From positions 8,799-72,798 of the forward strand of contig CAZLTD010000007.1 of NCBI GenBank assembly GCA_964562385.1: DNA of 64,000 nucleotides. Reading direction: 5' to 3'. Origin of the DNA: an uncultured Desulfobacula sp. Lineage in GTDB: Bacteria > Desulfobacterota > Desulfobacteria > Desulfobacterales > Desulfobacteraceae. Position numbers and translations under genes: made by a program. The notes under the pieces are model-generated. The model was not told the origin of the DNA. It searched no databases and saw only the letters and a program-made list of their open reading frames with translations. Below, piece after piece: positions 27,776-37,212 of this stretch. Position 1 is the first letter of the stretch; the number at the start of each line of letters is the position of its first letter.

Positions 27776-28252
27776 ATGGCCACGTTGCGACTGTTTATAG
27801 ATGGGAGTGTCAATCCCAGATCAAAGATTGGATATGGGGCCTTTTTATGCGTCCCGCAGAAAGAGCCCTATTCTGAGTCACTGGAAACAGATGTAAAAGT
27901 GAAACAATTTGAACTCACAAGTTCAACCCGACTGGAACTGCAGACCTTGATCTGGGCGTTAACCTCGATCAAAGAGAAAGGGTGCAGGGTATCGATTTTT
28001 ACAGATTCTCAAAATATTATCGGGCTCCCCAGAAGGCGTGGCCGGTTGGAGCAGAATAATTATCAATCAAAGAAGAACAGGCGCATTAAAAACGCTGAAC
28101 TCTATCAGGAATTTTTCAAATTAGTTGATCAACGCGATTGTGACTTTATAAAAGTTCAAGGCCACAAGCCGTCACGACAAAAAGATGAAACAGACAGATT
28201 CTTTGCACTCGTGGATAAAGCGTCGAGAAAGGCCTTAAGGCTTTTGGGATAA
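27776..28252 (+). CDS. RNase H-like protein (RNase HI family)
   Basis: FIDGS, ELQTLIWAL, FTDSQ and KVQGHK..D acidic-residue pattern. Confidence 0.7.
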   Translation: MATLRLFIDGSVNPRSKIGYGAFLCVPQKEPYSESLETDVKVKQFELTSSTRLELQTLIWALTSIKEKGCRVSIFTDSQNIIGLPRRRGRLEQNNYQSKKNRRIKNAELYQEFFKLVDQRDCDFIKVQGHKPSRQKDETDRFFALVDKASRKALRLLG

Positions 28253-28401
28253 CTCCAAGCCATCTCAAAACGCCGATGCATTGCCGTGGACGGGAAGGTA
28301 CCATCAACGTTTTATAACCCTGATGATACCCCCTTGGTTGTCCAAAGTGTCCACGTCAAATTAAGGATATCCAACCCTTTTTCTACGTTGCAAACGCGGG
28401 T

Positions 28402-28902
28402 CTATGCTTTTTCGGCCACAGATTTGCGCGTATATGACCCGCCAAGCGCCGTAATCTCTTCAAGGACTTTGTTGGTGAATGCCTCCAGTTTTGATGCGAC
28501 CACCTTTGTCATGGTGTCATCCAGGGTTTCGATATTCTCGGGTTCAATGCCGATAATGGTGGTCTGCGGAACATGGTCCAGTGCATTACACAGGGTCAAC
28601 GCTTCTATCAGATCTACCTGGTGAAGGGACTGTTTGGCCAGGATCCGGTTGGGGATCTGATCATGTTCAAGCCGGTGAAAATCGCCTGGCTTGCCATTAT
28701 TTATAACGGTGTCCACCACAATAAGACGTCCTGCATTGGAGATAATTCCCAGAAGGTTGATCCCCAGAACCCCGCCGTCAACAATGGTGACATTGTCGGA
28801 AAAATCATAAGCATCGTTCAATTTTTCCACCACACGGATACCGACACCATCGTCCTTGTAAAGGATATTTCCCACGCCCAGTACTGTAATATTATCTTTC
28901 AT
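28402..28902 (-). CDS. [NiFe] hydrogenase maturation endopeptidase (HybD/HynC family)
   Basis: VLGVGNILYKDDGVGIRVV...DGG...HQV signature. Lies directly downstream of the large subunit. Confidence 0.9.
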   Translation of the reverse strand: MKDNITVLGVGNILYKDDGVGIRVVEKLNDAYDFSDNVTIVDGGVLGINLLGIISNAGRLIVVDTVINNGKPGDFHRLEHDQIPNRILAKQSLHQVDLIEALTLCNALDHVPQTTIIGIEPENIETLDDTMTKVVASKLEAFTNKVLEEITALGGSYTRKSVAEKA

Positions 28903-28922
28903 AAGCCTTCCTATTTAAGAAG

Positions 28923-28954
28923 CCGTGCTCCGCTTTAAACAAAGCGGAGCACGG
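28923..28954 (-). promoter_or_regulatory. Perfect 14-bp stem-loop between the hydrogenase large-subunit stop and the protease RBS
   Basis: CCGTGCTCCGCTTT-AAAC-AAAGCGGAGCACGG. No U-tract on either strand, so it is more likely an mRNA processing/stability element or attenuator than a full terminator. Confidence 0.6.
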
Positions 28955-28960
28955 GACAGA

Positions 28961-30598
28961 TTAAATAACCTTTACCTTGTAGGTCTCATTGGTGTGCGGA
29001 TCAATAACATGAACGGCACAGGCAATACACGGGTCATAGGAATGAACGGTTCTTAAAATTTCCAGGGGCTGCTTGGGATCGGCTATTGGTGTTCCGATCA
29101 GTGATTTTTCCACCGGGCCCTTCTGATTCTTGCCGTCGCTGGGGCCGAAATTCCAGGTGGAGGGTACCACGTACTGGTAATTCTTGATCTTGCCGCCGTC
29201 AATTTCGATCCAGTGGCCCAGTGCGCCCCTTGGGACGTCATTAAGGCCGTATCCCATACCCTTGTCCGGCATGGTCCAGGGCTGGTATGTCCTTTTATCG
29301 CCCGAGGCAATATTGGATTTCAATCTGTCGATCCAGCCTTCCATGGCATTACCGATAACCACGGTTTCAACGCCTCTGGCAGCAGTTCTGCCAAGGGTGG
29401 AAAAAAGAGCATCCGTACCCACACCCAGGGTTTTAAGGACATGGCCGATCAGATTTTTAACATCTTCCTGGCCGCTGGTATATGCCACAAGATTCCTGGC
29501 AAGGGGGCCGACCTCTGCGGATTTGCCGTCATACCTGGGGGCCTTGAGCCAGGAATACTTGTCATCGGTATTATAGGTAACCTCGCCCTTGATCGGTTTG
29601 GTTTCGCCTTTATACGGATGTTTGGCGCCGCCGTCTTCATACCAGGCGCGGGTCACATCTTCGGTCACAAGGTTGGTATCCACACCTTTGGGCGTCAGAT
29701 CCCCCATGAGAGCCCCGGCCGGGTAAAGCAGGTCATCATTCAGCCCTTTTTGCGGAAAATCACCATAGCAAAGATAGGTGTCATTGTTACCGCCGATGGC
29801 GCCCCAATCCTTGTAAAAAGAGGCCACGGCAAGAAGATCCGGGATATAGACCTCATCCACGAACGCCTTGGTCTCCTTCCAGATATTGACGAATTCATCA
29901 ATTCTTTCCGGAGTAAGATCCTTTACAGATGTAACCCCGCCTACTACCAGGCTTTGGGGGTGGGGATTTTTCCCGCCGAAAATGGCGTGCATCCGGGCGG
30001 CTTTGGCCTGGAGCTTAATGGCTTCAAGATAGTGGGAGGCTGCCATCAGATTGGCTTCCGCCGGCAGGTTGTAAGCCGGGTGGCCCCAGTAGGCATTGTT
30101 AAACGGACCCAGCTGGCCGCTGTTAACAAATGTTTTCAGCTTGGTCGCCACCTCTTTGAAATAGGCGGCACTCTGCGGACGGCCGCTGACGTTTTCAGAC
30201 AGCTTGGCTGTTTTTACGGGATCTGCGGACAGGGCAGAGACAATATCCACCCAGTCAAGGGCGTGCAGATGATAAAAATGGACAATATGATCGTGCTGGT
30301 ACTGGGCGCCGTGAAGCAGGTTCCTGATAATCTGGGCATTTTCAGGAATCTCGATGTTGCAGGCCGCTTCAACAGCCCGAACGCCTGACAGGGCGTGGAT
30401 ATAGGTACACACTCCGCAGGAACGTTGAACAAAATGGTGAGCGTCCTGGGGGTCTCTTCCCTGGAGCATGATTTCAATGCCGCGGAACATCTGGCCCGAT
30501 GTCCACGCATCCACCACTTTTCCGTTTTCAATTTCAACTTCTATTCTTAAATGACCCTCAATCCGGGTGATGGGATCAACAATAATTTTTTTCCCCAT
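28961..30598 (-). CDS. [NiFe] hydrogenase large subunit (periplasmic uptake type)
   Basis: N-terminal RIEGH and RSCGVCTYIH, and C-terminal DPCIACAVH. The latter has Cys rather than Sec, so this is NiFe and not NiFeSe. Confidence 0.95.
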   Translation of the reverse strand: MGKKIIVDPITRIEGHLRIEVEIENGKVVDAWTSGQMFRGIEIMLQGRDPQDAHHFVQRSCGVCTYIHALSGVRAVEAACNIEIPENAQIIRNLLHGAQYQHDHIVHFYHLHALDWVDIVSALSADPVKTAKLSENVSGRPQSAAYFKEVATKLKTFVNSGQLGPFNNAYWGHPAYNLPAEANLMAASHYLEAIKLQAKAARMHAIFGGKNPHPQSLVVGGVTSVKDLTPERIDEFVNIWKETKAFVDEVYIPDLLAVASFYKDWGAIGGNNDTYLCYGDFPQKGLNDDLLYPAGALMGDLTPKGVDTNLVTEDVTRAWYEDGGAKHPYKGETKPIKGEVTYNTDDKYSWLKAPRYDGKSAEVGPLARNLVAYTSGQEDVKNLIGHVLKTLGVGTDALFSTLGRTAARGVETVVIGNAMEGWIDRLKSNIASGDKRTYQPWTMPDKGMGYGLNDVPRGALGHWIEIDGGKIKNYQYVVPSTWNFGPSDGKNQKGPVEKSLIGTPIADPKQPLEILRTVHSYDPCIACAVHVIDPHTNETYKVKVI

Positions 30599-30660
30599 AA
30601 CAATTTCCTTTCACTGTTTGATGTATTCTCGTTGCAATGTTTAACAATTGGGTTGTCCTT

Positions 30661-31605
30661 TTATGATTCTTCATAAAAAGGCGTCATGGTATCCCAGAAA
30701 TCAGGTTCGCTGCACCCGATGCAGGGGTGGCCTGCCTGGATGGGGAAACTGGTTCCGTCATTAAACTTAGCAGTGGGACAATTGTTATAGGTTTCAGGGC
30801 CTCTGCAGCCCAGTTGGGCCAGACAATACCCCATTTCCGCTTCCTTGGAACCGAATTCTTCAACAAAATTGCCTTCTTCATAGTGCTCAAGGCGGGGGCA
30901 GTTATCATGGACCGAATCTCCGTAAGCAAATATGGGGCGGCCCAGGTCATCCAGCTCAATGGCTTCCTTGTTGAGATATTTTAAAACCGTTGCAATGAGA
31001 TTCAACGGATTGGTGGGACAGCCGGGAAGGTTGATGGGGCTGATTCCCAATGCATCGCCCACACCCTTGTAGCCGCCGGGGTTGGGTGAGGCAGCCGCCA
31101 CACCGCCATAGCAGGCACAGGTTCCCATGCAAAGTGTTGCGGCCGCTTTGGGCACAACCTCTTTGGCAATCTCAAGAAAGGTCCTGTCGGCAACCTTGCC
31201 ATAGGCGCCGTTGTATTTTGTGGCAATGGCACCTTCCACCACACAGACAAACTTGCCTTTGTATTTTTCAACGGCATTGTGCAGATTTTCTTCTGCCTGG
31301 TGGCCGGATGCTGCCATGATGGTCTCATGGTATTCCACAGAAATGGTTTCCAGAATAATGGCGCCCACATCCGGTGTCCGTAAAAAGGCCTCCGAGCAAC
31401 CGGTACATTCACCAAAATGCAGCCATACCACCGGCGGCCTCTGGGCGGCTGCTGCTGTTTCAATCTGCTGCGCCACTTTGCCCACACAGGAATAGGAAAG
31501 TCCCATGGTGGCTGTCAGCGCTGTACAATACTTGAGAAATGCCCGTCGAGAGACACCCTTTTTCTCTAATTTTTCATAAAATCCATTTTCCTTTTTTGTT
31601 GTCAT
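30661..31605 (-). CDS. [NiFe] hydrogenase small subunit with Tat signal
   Basis: SRRAFLKYC twin-arginine leader, then HFGECTGCSE and C-terminal Cys clusters. ATG at 31605 follows AGGAGG. The 31650 start has no SD. Confidence 0.93.
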   Translation of the reverse strand: MTTKKENGFYEKLEKKGVSRRAFLKYCTALTATMGLSYSCVGKVAQQIETAAAAQRPPVVWLHFGECTGCSEAFLRTPDVGAIILETISVEYHETIMAASGHQAEENLHNAVEKYKGKFVCVVEGAIATKYNGAYGKVADRTFLEIAKEVVPKAAATLCMGTCACYGGVAAASPNPGGYKGVGDALGISPINLPGCPTNPLNLIATVLKYLNKEAIELDDLGRPIFAYGDSVHDNCPRLEHYEEGNFVEEFGSKEAEMGYCLAQLGCRGPETYNNCPTAKFNDGTSFPIQAGHPCIGCSEPDFWDTMTPFYEES

Positions 31606-32050
31606 TGCACCTCCTGATCTTTGATGATCATTGTCTGATGGTTCATACACTCATTTCACACTCACCGTTTTGTCCAGTCTATGGGCTTTTTCTTGAAAAA
31701 AGCCTATCTCAGTCTGATTTTGCACAATATATGCCACTTTTATCTCTTTTTAGAAAAGGCAATCCAGGCAAGACAGCTTACTCTTTAAAATCAACCGGTT
31801 AACTACTCCAAAACGGATTGCCGATTTTGGGAGACGCCTCTATTTTGTCACCCGACAGCTGTCTCACCAATACAATTATGTCTCTTGCCCGAGAGCCCAT
31901 CGGCACACAGATGAATTTCACATGATTTCACCAGCCGGACACTCCGCAATGACGGTCCTGTAACACGACATATGCTTCTCCTTAACGGATGGATCCGTTT
32001 CTATTAATTTCCTGTAAATTTCTTATAATTATTGCACAAAGGAGTACGAA

Positions 32051-32275
32051 ATGGCGGACTGTGAACTTCTTTCAAGGTGTATTTCTTTAAGGACCAGATG
32101 AACCGCGTGCCGGACATGGCCGATTACCAGAAAAAAATATTGTAAAGGGGACAATTCTCTTTGCGCCAGACACAGGGTGTTCAGGGCACCTGGCCCGGCA
32201 CGGGTCCCCGAGGACCTGTTTTTGATCCAGATGGAAAAAGCAGATGAGATTCTCAACACCGGGTCTGTGTCATAA
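32051..32275 (+). pseudogene. Small Cys-rich protein gene containing an internal TGA (32099-32101); either disrupted by two compensating frameshifts or a UxxC selenoprotein
   Basis: GGAG lies 6 nt upstream of the ATG. Frame A gives MADCELLSRCISLRTR-TGA-TACRTWPITRKKYCKGDNSLCARHRVFRAPGPARVPEDLFLIQMEKADEILNTGSVS. The segment 32080-32140 reads far more protein-like in the +2 frame (YFFKDQMNRVPDMADYQKKIL). Confidence 0.55.
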
Positions 32276-32456
32276 TCGCGACACAGAGAACGGGTGCGGG
32301 TTATATAGCAAATCGCAGAAACAGGTTCCGATACACGGATATGGTTTTCTATCACCCCAATTTTAAAGCCCGTTGAGTGACAATCTATTTGCCTTTGGGT
32401 GCTTCTTTTCTTATATGTTTTTTTCCAGAACATATTTTTGAGAATCACCATAGATC

Positions 32457-32593
32457 AAATAAGGAATCGGTACAAAACAACTTGATCTAAACTGTTTCCC
32501 AGAAACCTTAAAACATTGGATATTTTGAAAACAAAAGATCAAGTAAGGCAATGCACAGCTTTGCCCCTAAATATTTTTAGAGCCGATCCTAAA
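32457..32593. repeat. Intergenic repeat family 1, copy B
   Basis: See the 11552-11698 feature. Same orientation, 31-nt identical core at 32540-32570. Lies between the convergent ends of the small Cys-rich gene and glnE. Confidence 0.8.
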
Positions 32594-32605
32594 CAGGTGT
32601 GCCGA

Positions 32606-35521
32606 TCATCCGGTGCCAGCCAGGTATTTCCCATAGATCTCATTCACGTAGTTCTGGTGAACGGCAAATCGGTTGTCTGATACCTGCAGGCTCTTTTCCT
32701 GGAGGTTGCGGCGGTGGATGGCTTTTCTCATGGCAATATAGGCATTCTGGAGGCGCTCCGCTTCACACCCGGTGATAATCCCCTCCCCGTCAAGACTTTC
32801 CAAAAGCCGCATATTGTCGGTCCAGAAAGTAATGTCCTCACACCTGACGGCATGTTTCAGCACCAGGTATTGAACCAGGAACTCGATATCCACAATGCCG
32901 CCTTTTGACTGTTTCAAATCAAATTGATCCGGCGCTGTCTTGAGGCGTTCGGTCCGCATGCGTTCGCGCATGTCAGCCACTTCTTTTTTTAAAGAGATAT
33001 CCTGCCGCTTGACGGCAAGTGTTTTTTTGCGAATCCTCTCAAATTTTGCGCACAGGGAGCTGTCTCCGGCCACAGCCCGTGCCCGGATCAGGGCCTGATG
33101 TTCCCAGGTCCAGGCCTGTTCTTCAAGATACTCTTCAAAGGCCTCGATGTGGGATACAATCATACCGGAATTGCCGCCGGGCCGAAGCCTCATATCTGCG
33201 CCATAAAGGGTTCCTGCTGCCGTGTGCATGGTGAGAATATTGATGATCCGCTGGCCTAAATTGGAATAGAACCTTATATTATCAATGGATTTATCTTTTC
33301 CCCGGGTCTGACCGAAACCGGCATCATAAAGAAAAACAATATCAATATCGGATTTGTACCCCATCTCAAGGCCACCGACCTTTCCATAAGCTGCGATAGC
33401 AAACCCGCAATCGCTGACGCTGCTACCTGGGATGCCTTCGGGTATACCGTATTTTTCGGACACAATAGACCAGGACACCTGAAGGACACGGGCAAGAACG
33501 GTTTCCGCGATCCAGGTTAAATGATCACTGACTTTCATCAAGGGATAATTGCCGCTGACGTCGGCGGCAGATACCCGCAGCATATTGATCTGCCTAAAGA
33601 TGCATAACTCTTCTAGAATATATTCCAAATCGTCTTTGGGCACCCTGTCCATACGCGATCCCATCTCTTTTTCAAGGGCATGTCTGCCCGGCGGCGAATA
33701 AAGCGTGGCCGGATGCATCAACTCATCCATTAACGCCGGATGCCTGGACAAAAAGGTGATAATCCAGGGGCTTTTCTGGGCCAGGGTGATCAGGGTTTGA
33801 ATAGCCCCCTTATTTTCAAGAAGCAGCGACAGATAGGTGGTCCGTCTTTCAATGGTGATAACAAGATCAATCAGTTTTCCCAGGATAGTGTCCGGTTCAT
33901 CCTCTTTGCTGATTTTTTTCACAAGGACGGGCACCAGCCGTGACAATTTTTTCCGGCCGTTGGGTGTCAGGCGCTTTGTATTGGGGTGCTGTTCAAGGGA
34001 CCGTAATACAGACAACACCTTTTCCGGGTCTTTAAACTTACCAATGGAAACCGAAACAGCTGCAAACTGCGGATCGTTGATATTAATCCACATCTGCTTT
34101 AAATCCTGAATTTCACTGTCGGCCCTATCCTGGTCTTCTGCTACCAGAAGCTGCCTGAAGTGATGGTGCACCGTCTCAAGATGGGACTGAAGCTGTTTTT
34201 CAAATTCATCAACACGGGTCATTCCCATAGACAGGGCAAGAATCAACTTTTGCGCGTCTCTTTGCGGGATGTCATGGGTTTGAAGATCAGCATATTCCTG
34301 AAGCCTGTTTTCCGTCATCCTCAAAAAAACATAGGCGTTTTTCAAATCGTCCTTTGTTTTATGATCAATACACTGGTGGGTCTGCAACAGATCCAGCACA
34401 ATCAAAATCCGGCGTTCCTGAAGTGTGGGCTCCACCCCGCCCCGGATGAGCTGGAACAACTGCCCGAAAAATTCAATTTCCCGGATACCGCCGGCCCCGA
34501 GCTTGATATTGTTTTGCAACCGCTTGTTTTTTACCTGCAACGTGATTCTGTTTTTCATGTCTCTGAAAGAATCAAATGACCCGTAATCAAAATATCTGCG
34601 GTAAATAAATGAATTCAATGTTTTCAGCACTGCGTATCCGGCATCAATGTCCCCGGCAATGGGCCGTGCCTTGATCATGGCATACCGCTCCCATTCCCGT
34701 CCCTGGGCCTGGTAGTATTCTTCAAGGGCAGCACTGCTCATTACCAGGGGCCCCCCATCTCCGTATGGCCGCAACCGGGTATCAATCCGGTAAAAATTGA
34801 TTTCATGGGATCCTGCGGAAAAGAACTTTAAAAACTTTTGGCAGACCTTTGTGAAAAACTCCTCATTGGAAATCATGGCACTGCCATTGGTGAACCCCTC
34901 TTTGGGATAGGCAAAGATCAGGTCGATATCAGAGGAAAAATTGAGTTCCCCGGCACCCAGCTTCCCCATCCCCAGAACGATAAGACCCTGGAAATTGCCA
35001 TCACTGTCCACCGGCACCCCGTACTGATCGGCCATGGCGCTGTAAATGGCGTTCAGACTTTTGTCCACCACAGCATCAGCCAGGTTGGAAAGATCCGCCA
35101 GGGTCTCGGTAAGTTCTGCCTGCCCGGTCAGATCCCGCCAGGCAATCCGGACGCTTTCAGTCAGCTTTGTTTTTAAAAGCACCTCTTTTGTGGCTGCAAG
35201 ATCCATGTCCGGAGAAATAAGGGTGTCCAGACGGCTGGCAAAAGATTGCCGGGAATAGGATTTAAAAAGATCCTTTGATCCAACCAGGTCCTTGAATATG
35301 GCAGGATTCCGGGTGAGTGCAGAAAAGACAAATTCGCTGAATAAGAATACCTTTACCATGTCTGCGGCAAGGGCCGGCGCCACATCAAGTGTGATGCCTT
35401 GATCTTCTGCCTGTGTTTGAAAAGATGTCACACGATTGATCAAAAGATCATATAAAGGTTTTTCAAGATCTGGAAAAACTGAACTTATGATGGTGTGGTC
35501 CATAGACACCCTGCGGTTCAA
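32606..35521 (-). CDS. glnE: Bifunctional glutamine synthetase adenylyltransferase/adenylyl-removing enzyme
   Basis: About 970 aa with two nucleotidyltransferase halves (GMGKLGAGELNFSSDIDLIF and YGKVGGLEMGYKSDIDIVFLY). The start could alternatively be the ATG at 35503. Confidence 0.92.
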   Translation of the reverse strand: MNRRVSMDHTIISSVFPDLEKPLYDLLINRVTSFQTQAEDQGITLDVAPALAADMVKVFLFSEFVFSALTRNPAIFKDLVGSKDLFKSYSRQSFASRLDTLISPDMDLAATKEVLLKTKLTESVRIAWRDLTGQAELTETLADLSNLADAVVDKSLNAIYSAMADQYGVPVDSDGNFQGLIVLGMGKLGAGELNFSSDIDLIFAYPKEGFTNGSAMISNEEFFTKVCQKFLKFFSAGSHEINFYRIDTRLRPYGDGGPLVMSSAALEEYYQAQGREWERYAMIKARPIAGDIDAGYAVLKTLNSFIYRRYFDYGSFDSFRDMKNRITLQVKNKRLQNNIKLGAGGIREIEFFGQLFQLIRGGVEPTLQERRILIVLDLLQTHQCIDHKTKDDLKNAYVFLRMTENRLQEYADLQTHDIPQRDAQKLILALSMGMTRVDEFEKQLQSHLETVHHHFRQLLVAEDQDRADSEIQDLKQMWININDPQFAAVSVSIGKFKDPEKVLSVLRSLEQHPNTKRLTPNGRKKLSRLVPVLVKKISKEDEPDTILGKLIDLVITIERRTTYLSLLLENKGAIQTLITLAQKSPWIITFLSRHPALMDELMHPATLYSPPGRHALEKEMGSRMDRVPKDDLEYILEELCIFRQINMLRVSAADVSGNYPLMKVSDHLTWIAETVLARVLQVSWSIVSEKYGIPEGIPGSSVSDCGFAIAAYGKVGGLEMGYKSDIDIVFLYDAGFGQTRGKDKSIDNIRFYSNLGQRIINILTMHTAAGTLYGADMRLRPGGNSGMIVSHIEAFEEYLEEQAWTWEHQALIRARAVAGDSSLCAKFERIRKKTLAVKRQDISLKKEVADMRERMRTERLKTAPDQFDLKQSKGGIVDIEFLVQYLVLKHAVRCEDITFWTDNMRLLESLDGEGIITGCEAERLQNAYIAMRKAIHRRNLQEKSLQVSDNRFAVHQNYVNEIYGKYLAGTG

Positions 35522-35660
35522 AGTTTACGCCAGTGTTGGCGTAACCATAATATTGCTGAACAAAATTATCAAGAAAACAACGGGAATGCGCCGTCTTTTT
35601 TAAGACGTATCCACATCTGCTACCGGTCCAACCTAAAAAAAATGCGCGCTGCTTTTTAAA

Positions 35661-36311
35661 TTACAGAACAAGTCCCGGCAGCATTGTTTTTTCCAAAAGT
35701 GCCCGGTGCTCCTCGAAATCGGCCTGGGTACCGTTTTGCGGAAAATGCATCTCTTCACCAAACGTAATGGTTACCTTTGAAAAGGGCTTGGGCAGCATAA
35801 ACCGGTCCCAGGAGTTAAAAAACCAGGCCTTTGGGGCAGAAGCATAAAACGGGACAACCACGGCATCGGTATCCCATGCCATTTTAATGATACCGGATTT
35901 TACTTTCCCGATGGGTCCTGTGGGCCCGTCCAGAATGTGGGCACCAAACCCATGGGTTGAAAGATGGTCGATCATGGCGCCCATTGCTTTTCTGCCCCCT
36001 CTGGAAGAAGATCCTCTCGGGGTATGCCATCCTGACCGGTTCGCCACGCCGGAGATCAGATCCCCGTCACGGCTCTGGCTGATCATGAGGCCCGGGTTCA
36101 AATTGGAATAGGTTTTAAAGTGCCGGATGGCGGCAAAAAACTGCTGGTGCCAGGTGCATAAAAGAATGGTTTTTTTCTGGGCAAGCAATGTTTTCCATTT
36201 CTCTTCATTGACGATGTGAAGCCTGAAAGTCAGACTGTATACCCGGATCAGATAGTAGGCAAAGGCAATAAAAGGCTTTGTATAAATGAGAAACTTCAAT
36301 TTTTTAAACAT
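35661..36311 (-). CDS. DUF374/lysophospholipid-acyltransferase-like protein
   Basis: LLCTWHQQFF...ISQSRDGDLI...RGSSSRGG block is typical of the DUF374 family. An alternative start lies at 36323. Confidence 0.7.
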   Translation of the reverse strand: MFKKLKFLIYTKPFIAFAYYLIRVYSLTFRLHIVNEEKWKTLLAQKKTILLCTWHQQFFAAIRHFKTYSNLNPGLMISQSRDGDLISGVANRSGWHTPRGSSSRGGRKAMGAMIDHLSTHGFGAHILDGPTGPIGKVKSGIIKMAWDTDAVVVPFYASAPKAWFFNSWDRFMLPKPFSKVTITFGEEMHFPQNGTQADFEEHRALLEKTMLPGLVL

Positions 36312-36496
36312 GTTGGCTCGCATAAACTATTAATTTGTTCGAGCACTTTACCAGTTTTGTCGGATAAGGCAACCGGTTTGTTTAAATTCTTGGTTTCACA
36401 GCAAGTCAATTTTCTATTTTGAACAGATCCCAATAGTCCCAACCCGGATATTCACGAAATGATTTTGTGGGCTAAAACTGTTACGGATTAACTTTT

Positions 36497-36835
36497 TCAG
36501 GCCACACTCAGCTGTTCTTGCGTTTCTATATCAAGCCCGATGACATAGTGATCTTTGAATCCTGTGGAGCTGTCTTTTGTAATATATTTAATCGTCGTAT
36601 CCAGAGATTGGGCCGGTATGGTTTTGTCCAGGCAGTAATACCGCATATTGATTACATCGCCTTCGTTAAGGTTCTCCAGTGCCTTGGAACCTTCTTGTAC
36701 CACTGCGAACATCGGCTCTGTGTGGCTTTTGCGTATTTTAAACTGGTACAGAATGCGGGGGTGGTGTAATTTGAACTCCGCGCTGTAATACTCTTTTTTC
36801 CCCTGATTTTCATGGTCGCTGATGATCATTCCCAT
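36497..36835 (-). CDS. Hypothetical protein (112 aa)
   Basis: The ORF has protein-like composition, and GGGAGAAG lies upstream of the ATG. No family was recognised; a PilZ assignment was considered but the motifs do not fit. Confidence 0.5.
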   Translation of the reverse strand: MGMIISDHENQGKKEYYSAEFKLHHPRILYQFKIRKSHTEPMFAVVQEGSKALENLNEGDVINMRYYCLDKTIPAQSLDTTIKYITKDSSTGFKDHYVIGLDIETQEQLSVA

Positions 36836-37102
36836 CTATCTTCTCCCTTTTTTAAATCAAATATAGAGTTATGCCGTAATCTTTAGTATTCATTTTTTGT
36901 GCCATGCGCCAAATCGAACATCAACCTATTGTATTCATTGGAATAAAGCTAAAAATAAGCCTTTTAGACCGACAGAGCATTGCCCATCGGTTGACGGTAT
37001 TTCACCATGCTGTTTTATTTCACCAGTCAGTCTTCTGTATTCCTCGAGATCTTCTTGATTAAATCCCTCTTTGGTGGAATAAACAAAAAGGTATCTCGAA
37101 TA

Positions 37103-37165
37103 CTTAAAATTTTGTTTTGAGCTCAAGGCGCAAAAATCGGAACAAAGACAATCACTAGAGGTGCC
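37103..37165. repeat. Intergenic repeat family 2, short copy; long copy at 46330-46460
   Basis: Shared blocks: CTTAAAATTTTGTTTTGAGCTCAAGGCGCA vs CTAAAATTAGATTTTTGCCTTGAGTTCAATGCGCA, and AAATCGGAACAAAGACAATCACTAGAGGTGCC vs AAATCGGAACAAAAGACAATTATTAGAGGTAGC. Confidence 0.7.
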
Positions 37166-37212
37166 AAAAAAGATAACTCAAGCTTTTGCCAACACCAGCG
37201 GAGGAAATCATT

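Noticed and set aside
29213-30388. 391-aa ORF on the plus strand
   Set aside because: It is antisense to the [NiFe] hydrogenase large subunit, with Gly/Ile/Phe-rich shadow composition.
28961-30598. Possible [NiFeSe] hydrogenase (Sec in the large subunit)
   Set aside because: The C-terminal metal-site motif reads DPCIACAVH with Cys codons and there is no in-frame TGA, so this is an ordinary [NiFe] enzyme.
32029-32451. 140-aa minus-strand ORF
   Set aside because: It has no SD and poor composition. It lies opposite a plus-strand small gene that has a good SD and recognisable conserved Cys spacing.
36935-37126. 63-aa minus-strand ORF
   Set aside because: It has a TTG start without an SD, and its 5' end lies inside repeat family 2. 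The central part looks mildly protein-like, so it is not excluded, but it is not supported enough to call.
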